This document shows, piece by piece, positions 26,262 to 32,000 of a stretch of 32,000 bases of DNA; positions within the stretch are counted from its first letter, which is position 1; each line of letters begins with the position of its first letter. The position numbers were made by a program, and so were the translations under genes. Source of the DNA: Thermofilum adornatum (lineage in GTDB: Archaea; Thermoproteota; Thermoprotei; Thermofilales; Thermofilaceae); assembly GCF_000446015.1 (NCBI RefSeq), contig NC_022093.1:1200001-1232000 (forward strand), read 5' to 3'. A model generated the notes under the pieces. The model had not been told where the DNA came from. It ran no database searches and saw nothing but the letters and a program-made list of their open reading frames with translations.

Positions 26262-27052
26262 GTGATGCAATACTAGTTATAATTGTTCTCTCAGTGATTA
26301 TACCGCTAGGCTCCCTTATCCTCATAAGCTTTATGCCTCCAGGAGAGAGAACATTCCCGCCAGTCCACTACACGTTGGATAATTACGTTTATGTGCTTGA
26401 CAAGCTAAAGTTCTACCAAAACATGTTCAATACTTTCTATTTTATCACACTAGCAGTCTTAATATCGCTTGTGATTTCAATTCCTACAGCCTATGCGATT
26501 GCACGTTTACCGATTAACTACCATCTTTGGGTTATCACAGTTGGTTTAGTGATTCTAGTCAAATCGCTTCCCCCGGGAAGCCTGCTAGTACCTATTTATG
26601 ACTGGCTGTGGAGACTAAAATTAACAAATACTCCTCTCGGCGTCGCTATTAGCTATCAAGTATACACGTTGCCCTACACCATTTGGCTTCTCACATCTTT
26701 CTTCTTGGATCTCCCACGAGAAATAGAAGTAGCGGCAAGACTTGATGGAGCCGGAAGCTTTTCGCGTCTAATCCATGTGATTCTCCCCATAAGTATACCA
26801 GGCATTATCTCTGCAGTAATAATGAACTATCTGAATCTCTGGAACGAATACATGTATTCAAGCGTTATGGTCTCAAGCAGTAGGTACCAAACAGCAGCAG
26901 TTATCCTGGGTCAAATGGTAAGTAGCGAATACGTTGTAGAGTGGGGTGTCATGGCCGCGGCAAATGTTTTAAGCATAATTCCTGCATTGATATTTGTCTC
27001 GTTTGTTCAGAAAAATATTTCGAGAGCAATTACGGGTGGTATTAAGGGGTAA
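26249..27052 (+). CDS. ABC sugar transporter permease (MalG/UgpE-like)
   Basis: 267 aa. EAA loop EVAARLDGAGSFSRLIHVILPI. Overlaps the previous permease by 13 nt. Confidence 0.85.
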   Translation: MASLSDAILVIIVLSVIIPLGSLILISFMPPGERTFPPVHYTLDNYVYVLDKLKFYQNMFNTFYFITLAVLISLVISIPTAYAIARLPINYHLWVITVGLVILVKSLPPGSLLVPIYDWLWRLKLTNTPLGVAISYQVYTLPYTIWLLTSFFLDLPREIEVAARLDGAGSFSRLIHVILPISIPGIISAVIMNYLNLWNEYMYSSVMVSSSRYQTAAVILGQMVSSEYVVEWGVMAAANVLSIIPALIFVSFVQKNISRAITGGIKG

Positions 27053-27062
27053 GGTGAGGAGA

Positions 27063-28108
27063 ATGGCATTTTTAGAGCTTAGGAATATCTCGAAGTCGTA
27101 TGGGAAAAACAGAGTCCTAGACAAAGTCTCATTGACAGCCGAAAAATCAGAGTTCCTCGTAATACTCGGGGCAAGCGGAGAAGGCAAATCCACAATCTTG
27201 AACATCATATCAGGCGTTATACGGCCTGATGAAGGCGAAGTAGTAATAGATGGGCGGGTAGTAGACGACTCCAATAAAACATATGTACCGCCAGAGTTAA
27301 GGGACATCGGATACGTCTTCCAAAACTATGCATTGTATCCCCACATGTCAGCCTTTGACAATATTGCATTCCCACTTAAAATGCGTAAATTGCCCGAGGA
27401 GGAGATAAAGAAAAGGGTCAGAGAAGTCGCAGAAATGTTGCGTATAAGCCATGTTCTTGACCATAAACCATCTCAGCTATCAGGCGGACAGCAACAAAGA
27501 GTCGCAGTTGCTAGAGCAATAGTTAAGCAACCCAAACTTTTACTAATGGATGAACCATTCAGCAACATTGACCCGGCTCTCAGGGCAAGTGTACGTTGGG
27601 AAATAAAGACCCTCGTTAAACAGGTAGGCATCACGACTGTGATGGCTACACATGACCAAGAAGAAGCCATGTCTCTAGCAGACAAAATATTGATACTACA
27701 CAAAGGCAAAATAATTCAAACAGGGACTCCAGAAGAGATATACAACAGACCCGTCAACACATACGTTGCAGACTTTGTTGGAGGAATGAATATCTTACCT
27801 GCAAACATTCTGATTCCTCAGATCGAAAGCATAGCCGAACTGAAAAGTCTTAGTGTTGAAAATATTGGATATATTGGTTTTAGGGCAGAGCATACGCGTC
27901 TAGACGACCAAGGAATCAAGGCAGAGTAATAGGTTCCGAGTATAGGGGAGACAAGTGGGTAGTCTTGGCAGATATCGGCTCTGACAAGCCTGTAAAGCTA
28001 TACCTCACCACAAAGGTAAATGTCGACGATACAATAAGATTCTTGCCGTCCAGGATTTACTTCTTTGATTCACAGGGGTCACTGGTAGATACAAAAACCT
28101 TGGCTTGA
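27063..28108 (+). pseudogene. MalK/UgpC-type ABC sugar ATPase interrupted by a frameshift before its C-terminal regulatory (TOBE-like) domain
   Basis: The NBD is intact from 27063 to 27929: GASGEGKST, LSGGQQQRVAVARA, LLLMDEPFS. It ends …RLDDQGIKAE-TAA. The -1/+2 frame from 27932 to 28108 encodes GSEYRGDKWVVLADIGSDKPVKLYLTTKVNVDDTIRFLPSRIYFFDSQGSLVDTKTLA. Adding one G (GAG[G]TAATAGGT) restores AEVIGSEY. The track start at 26994 lies inside the permease, so the ATG at 27063 after GGTGAGGAG is preferred. Confidence 0.65.
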
Positions 28109-28118
28109 AATTAAAATT

Positions 28119-28156
28119 TCTTTCTTAAAGTGTTTTTTCTTTCTTTTTAAGAAAGA
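28119..28156 (+). terminator. AT-rich inverted repeat with a T-rich loop downstream of the ABC operon
   Basis: TCTTTCTTAA(A) at 28119-28129 pairs with (T)TTAAGAAAGA at 28146-28156, an 11-bp stem. The loop is GTGTTTTTTCTTTCTT. Stability at high temperature is doubtful. Confidence 0.3.
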
Positions 28157-28194
28157 TTTAAAGGGTATAATCCTCTTTATGCCAAGCGATAGAC

Positions 28195-28920
28195 ATGGCA
28201 ACACTTGAAAAAATCGTTAGGGATGCAAAGGTTTTCTCTTTTGACATCGATGGCACACTTCTAGACAGCTACACCTATATGCGGGACGTCATCCAGATAC
28301 TCCTCCTATACATAGGGGTGCCAGCAAACATGCTTGAAATGCTTACAGACGAGGTCTACATGAAGTGGTATGAGCTTGAAAAACAAGGTGTCATGGACTA
28401 CGGCAAGTTCCACGTTTTCCTGGAAGATTTTGCCCGCAAATACTCTATTAATGTAAAGTACGACGTAGAGAAGTTTAAAGAGCTTATGCTCGAGGCGCGT
28501 ATCAGGGGGTCTCAGCCATATAAATGCGCATTTAAGCTCCTCGCCGAGCTCAAGAAGGCTGGCAGAAAAGTCGTTTCAGTGTCTGGTGGCGACGGTGTTC
28601 CCGGGATGAAGTACAAGAGGATAGCTGAGAGCGGTCTAGCACAGCTTTTCGACAAGATAATCGTTGTATATGAAGATGTGCCTTCACGTGTAGATGGACT
28701 CATAAAGGTAGCAGAAGAGCTGGGCGTGCCAAGAGAGGAAATTGTACACGTCGATGATAGAGCGAAATTTGCCCTCGAGGTCTACAATGCAGGCTTCAAA
28801 GCAATAGTAGTCAAGACAAACTTCTTTGACCCCTATTATAGTCTTCCAGAAGAAATACCAGTTGTCGACTCACTCTGCACAATCCTAGATATAATTGCCA
28901 AGACACCGCCAAAACAATGA
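28195..28920 (+). CDS. HAD-superfamily hydrolase (phosphatase-type)
   Basis: 241 aa. Motif I FSFDIDGTLLDS (DxDxT), motif II VVSVSGG, motif IV VHVDDR. Confidence 0.75.
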   Translation: MATLEKIVRDAKVFSFDIDGTLLDSYTYMRDVIQILLLYIGVPANMLEMLTDEVYMKWYELEKQGVMDYGKFHVFLEDFARKYSINVKYDVEKFKELMLEARIRGSQPYKCAFKLLAELKKAGRKVVSVSGGDGVPGMKYKRIAESGLAQLFDKIIVVYEDVPSRVDGLIKVAEELGVPREEIVHVDDRAKFALEVYNAGFKAIVVKTNFFDPYYSLPEEIPVVDSLCTILDIIAKTPPKQ

Positions 28921-28977
28921 ATAATTTTCAAGAAAATTTAAAACATGTTTACGAGACATGAGCAGTGAAGCCTTCCT

Positions 28978-29847
28978 ATGCTGGATCTAGGGTCCCTTGA
29001 GGTAATAATCGTATTTCTCGCTTCCCTACTCATCGGCAGGGTTTTTAACATCAAGCTTCCGGGCTTTGTCTTCCAGGGAATAGTTCTCGTACTAGTCTGG
29101 AGCATAAGTGCATGGGCCGCGGCTAGCGGAATAGAGGCGCTAAAGGTCTCTCTATATCACACAGTCATATTTCTGGCGCTAATTATCCTGTTTGTCTTTG
29201 GTATAGGTAGCTTCTACACAGAACGGTCTCGCAGAATTTCGGCTCATGTAGAAGCCAGACCGAATTACCCGATAATTATAGCTATAGCCTCAGGGTGGCT
29301 GACGGGTATATACGCTAATTGGCTTCAAGCATACCTGTCCCAAGTCATATGGCCCCTAGTACTCGCAGTAATCTTTGCCACTGGTCTGGCAATGCATACA
29401 ACAATTAACCTTGAGGCAATAAGGAACGGTGGAGACGTTTTCCTCAAGGCCTTATCGGTAACCCTGGTTTCTGCGTTCTTAGCTGGCATTGTAGCCTCGA
29501 TTTTTCTCAGAGTGCCTCTCAGGTATTCTCTGTCGATCCTCTTTGGTCTTGGGTGGTACAGTTTCGCTGGTCCCTTTGTTGCACAATTTTTTGGCCCATC
29601 GGCAGGGCTGACAGCATTCCTGGTAAACATCCTAAGGGAACAAGCAACATTTATACTTACACCACTTCTATCAAGGTTTAAGGTGGCAACAATAAGCCTC
29701 GGGGGAGCAACGACCATGGACAACACACTATCAGTCTTTATCTATACTTACGGCGAGGAAGCCGCAGTTCCAAGCATTATGCATGGATTCGTTCTGACAT
29801 TTATCGTGCCGCTTCTAGAATCAATAGTTGTAATGCTTCCCATTTGA
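28978..29847 (+). CDS. Polytopic membrane protein, possibly DUF340/LysO-like
   Basis: 289 aa, ~8 TM. The C-terminal SLGGATTMDNTL resembles my recollection of the DUF340 motif, so family assignment is tentative. Confidence 0.45.
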   Translation: MLDLGSLEVIIVFLASLLIGRVFNIKLPGFVFQGIVLVLVWSISAWAAASGIEALKVSLYHTVIFLALIILFVFGIGSFYTERSRRISAHVEARPNYPIIIAIASGWLTGIYANWLQAYLSQVIWPLVLAVIFATGLAMHTTINLEAIRNGGDVFLKALSVTLVSAFLAGIVASIFLRVPLRYSLSILFGLGWYSFAGPFVAQFFGPSAGLTAFLVNILREQATFILTPLLSRFKVATISLGGATTMDNTLSVFIYTYGEEAAVPSIMHGFVLTFIVPLLESIVVMLPI

Positions 29848-29862
29848 GGCCGGTGAGTTCCC

Positions 29863-30939
29863 ATGAAAAGACTTTACGCCTTATCATTTTCCTTATCTTT
29901 TCTGCAGGGACTGCTTGTCCCAGTCATCGTTCTCTATATGCTAAGGCTAGGCTACAGTGAGGCAGAGATAGGGATAATCACAGGCAGTTCTTCACTTTTA
30001 TATATTGTAGGCGCATTACTATCTTCATTCATAGTTAGCAGGCTCGGGGACTCGAAGACAATAATTCTTTCTCTAAATCTCTTGACAGCAGGATACCTCT
30101 TATTTTTATTCTCACATTCAATCGTGGTCATCTTTATCGCTGCAAGCCTTGTACTCCTAGGCTTTGGGATATTCTGGCCGTCCATAGAAAATGCAGTATC
30201 CAGTGTCGGTGGAAAAGTGTCTTCCTTTTCATTTTCCTGGAGCTCTGGCTCCCTTCTTGCAATGGCATCTGTCTACCCATTGTCGCTTGTGGAGCCAGCA
30301 TTTACCTTTCTATTCTTCTCAGGATTCTCGGTGTTTCTAGTTTCTTTCGCGATTTTTAGCCACAAAAGGAGAATAGAGCCAGCCACTCCTGCCGGCATTC
30401 TGGGATCTCTCAGGAAGGCCGCTATTGCATGGCTTCTCTGTATAATATACTCCCTAAACTCTTCGGGACTAATAACGTTTTACCCTGTCCTAGTCGAAGC
30501 CAGGAAGCTTCCACAAATTCTCCTCTCTGCGACCCTTTTCGGCATGATTTTTTCTAGAACGCTTCTTTTCTATCTATTCGACAGGGTTCCCAATAAATTG
30601 AGAAGACTAGACCTAGCCGCCCTCTTGATGTTAACTCCTGCCCTCGTGGTGTATACGAATGATTCGCTTATTCACGTATCTACCGCACTTCTATCAGGAA
30701 TAGGGCAAGGAATAGTCTACGGCATTGCTTTAGAAAGAGTTTTCAAAAGACAGAGCCTAGAAGTTCATCTATATACATCCCTGTTCGAGTCATTTATTGG
30801 AGTGGGCTACTTCTTCGGACCAATGCTCGGTGTGGGCTTCAGTAGCTTATTGCGTGTCCAGCCCATCGCAACTACTGCCTTCATGAGCTCGGTTATGGCT
30901 CTATTAGCTGGCTTGCCACTTAGGAGAAAAGAGTCCTAA
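29863..30939 (+). CDS. Major facilitator superfamily transporter
   Basis: 358 aa, ~10-12 TM. Loop 2-3 VSRLGDSKTIIL resembles MFS motif A. GGTGAG Shine-Dalgarno upstream. Confidence 0.7.
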   Translation: MKRLYALSFSLSFLQGLLVPVIVLYMLRLGYSEAEIGIITGSSSLLYIVGALLSSFIVSRLGDSKTIILSLNLLTAGYLLFLFSHSIVVIFIAASLVLLGFGIFWPSIENAVSSVGGKVSSFSFSWSSGSLLAMASVYPLSLVEPAFTFLFFSGFSVFLVSFAIFSHKRRIEPATPAGILGSLRKAAIAWLLCIIYSLNSSGLITFYPVLVEARKLPQILLSATLFGMIFSRTLLFYLFDRVPNKLRRLDLAALLMLTPALVVYTNDSLIHVSTALLSGIGQGIVYGIALERVFKRQSLEVHLYTSLFESFIGVGYFFGPMLGVGFSSLLRVQPIATTAFMSSVMALLAGLPLRRKES

Positions 30940-31030
30940 AATTTTTTATATAGGCTCAAAGCATATCTTGTTAGAGGATATACTCCAAAGCGTCACCCGG
31001 TTTTTGACCAGTTTTCTGGAGGTGAAATGG

Positions 31031-32000
31031 ATGTATCCCGTCGAGGTTCAAGGACTAAAGAAGACCTACATCACTAGGAAGCGTGTAGGGCTCTTTAAAA
31101 CAGTTGAGAGCCGTATAGAGGCACTCAAAGGCGTGTCCTTTAATGTAAACGAAGGCGAAATCCTCGGAATACTCGGACCAAACGGTGCCGGAAAATCTAC
31201 CCTTGTCAAGATACTAGCTACGCTCCTCCTACCAGACGAAGGATCCGCAAAGATTCTTGGATATGACGTGGTAAAAGAGAGAGGAAAGGTAAGGAAACAT
31301 ATAGGCATATCTCTAAGTGTTGAAAAAGGCTTCTTCTATAAGTTGACAGCCCGGGAAAACCTAAAATATTTTGGAATGCTTTACGGACTCAGCGGTAAAA
31401 AGCTTGAAGAAAGAGTAAATGAAGCCCTAAAGGCCGTAGGGCTCCAGAACCAGGCGGAAAAGTTCTACGAGGAAATGTCTCTAGGAATGAAGGCAAGACT
31501 GAGCATAGCTAGAGCCCTGCTCCTTGACCCTCCCGTATTAATTCTGGACGAGCCTACACTTGGCCTAGATCCTGTGACATCCAGGCGTATAAGACACCTC
31601 TTGGTAAACCTCGCACACCAGAAACGAAAATCTATACTCTTAACGACTCATAACCTCTTCGAGGCAGAGCTTATATGCGACAGAGTAGCGATAATATCAG
31701 AAGGAAGAATTCTCGCCATCGACACCATCGATGAACTGAAGAAAAGGGTTGCAGACACAGTCTTCATAGAGGTACGACTACCAAGCATGTCGGGACTACA
31801 GGCACTAAACATCCTCAAAGATTTTCCAAGCAACGAGGTAAAAATCTACCACAGGAAGGGTATAGCAGAGAAAATAGTAATCTCGGTCCCAGTCTCCCAG
31901 GCTGAAGAAACAATGGAAAAATTACTCCACGAATTCAGGGCTTCAAGGCTAAAAGTCCGGAGCATAAGCATTCTTGAACCATCGCTAGAAGACGTATTTG
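31031..32000 (+). CDS. ABC-2-type transporter ATP-binding protein (partial; runs off the window end)
   Basis: My own translation from the ATG at 31031, which follows a perfect GGAGGTGA, gives MYPVEVQGLKKTYITRKRVGLFK… Walker A GPNGAGKST, signature variant MSLGMKARLSIARA, Walker B VLILDEPTLGLD, H-loop LLTTHN. The frame has no stop before position 32000. The ATG at 31027 is out of frame and terminates. Confidence 0.85.
   Translation, partial: MYPVEVQGLKKTYITRKRVGLFKTVESRIEALKGVSFNVNEGEILGILGPNGAGKSTLVKILATLLLPDEGSAKILGYDVVKERGKVRKHIGISLSVEKGFFYKLTARENLKYFGMLYGLSGKKLEERVNEALKAVGLQNQAEKFYEEMSLGMKARLSIARALLLDPPVLILDEPTLGLDPVTSRRIRHLLVNLAHQKRKSILLTTHNLFEAELICDRVAIISEGRILAIDTIDELKKRVADTVFIEVRLPSMSGLQALNILKDFPSNEVKIYHRKGIAEKIVISVPVSQAEETMEKLLHEFRASRLKVRSISILEPSLEDVF

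Noticed and set aside
26994-27062. Upstream start for the ABC ATPase (MSRLFRKIFREQLRVV…)
   Set aside because: It overlaps the 3' end of the permease gene by 59 nt. The ATG at 27063 is preceded by a strong GGTGAGGAG ribosome-binding site and gives the usual ATPase N-terminus.
1-32000. Search for CRISPR arrays, tRNA/rRNA genes, transposases/integrases and long terminal inverted repeats
   Set aside because: Reading both strands, I found no regularly spaced direct repeats, no GC-rich structured-RNA islands in intergenic DNA, and no recombinase-like ORFs.

Overview
The window reads as chromosomal DNA from a hyperthermophilic crenarchaeon, possibly Desulfurococcales-like. That placement is inferred from three things: ATTTAAAT-type TATA boxes about 26-30 nt upstream of start codons, GGTGA/GGAGG Shine-Dalgarno motifs at internal operon genes, and gene content. 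About 32 tightly packed genes are dominated by transport and carbohydrate or glycerol catabolism. In order they are:
- a partial HTH-PRTase regulator-like gene;
- an ECF transporter operon (S, T and a fused A-A' ATPase);
- an orphan UPRTase-like gene;
- an MFS plus GH1 beta-glycosidase pair;
- a membrane-tethered wHTH protein;
- galT and galK;
- a translationally coupled pair encoding a membrane-inserted metallophosphoesterase and a 678-aa degenerate P-loop/helical-repeat protein;
- a CDF metal transporter;
- remnants of a PsrB/PsrC-like oxidoreductase (a 5'-truncated FeS subunit and a frameshifted NrfD subunit);
- a TauE-like permease;
- a sequon-rich coiled-coil secreted protein;
- glpK with a G3P-dehydrogenase flavoprotein followed by SdhB/C/D-like genes;
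- a thioredoxin;
- a sugar ABC transporter whose ATPase is frameshifted before its C-terminal domain;
- a HAD hydrolase, a DUF340-like membrane protein, an MFS transporter and a partial ABC-2 ATPase.

I saw no rRNA, tRNA, CRISPR array, transposase or integrase. The best candidates for undescribed biology are the phosphoesterase/P-loop pair (11620-14747), the GlpA-SdhBCD-like hybrid operon (19130-21673) and the ECF operon flanked by two PRTase-fold genes (1-5023). All functional calls come from motif recognition by eye. No database search was run.
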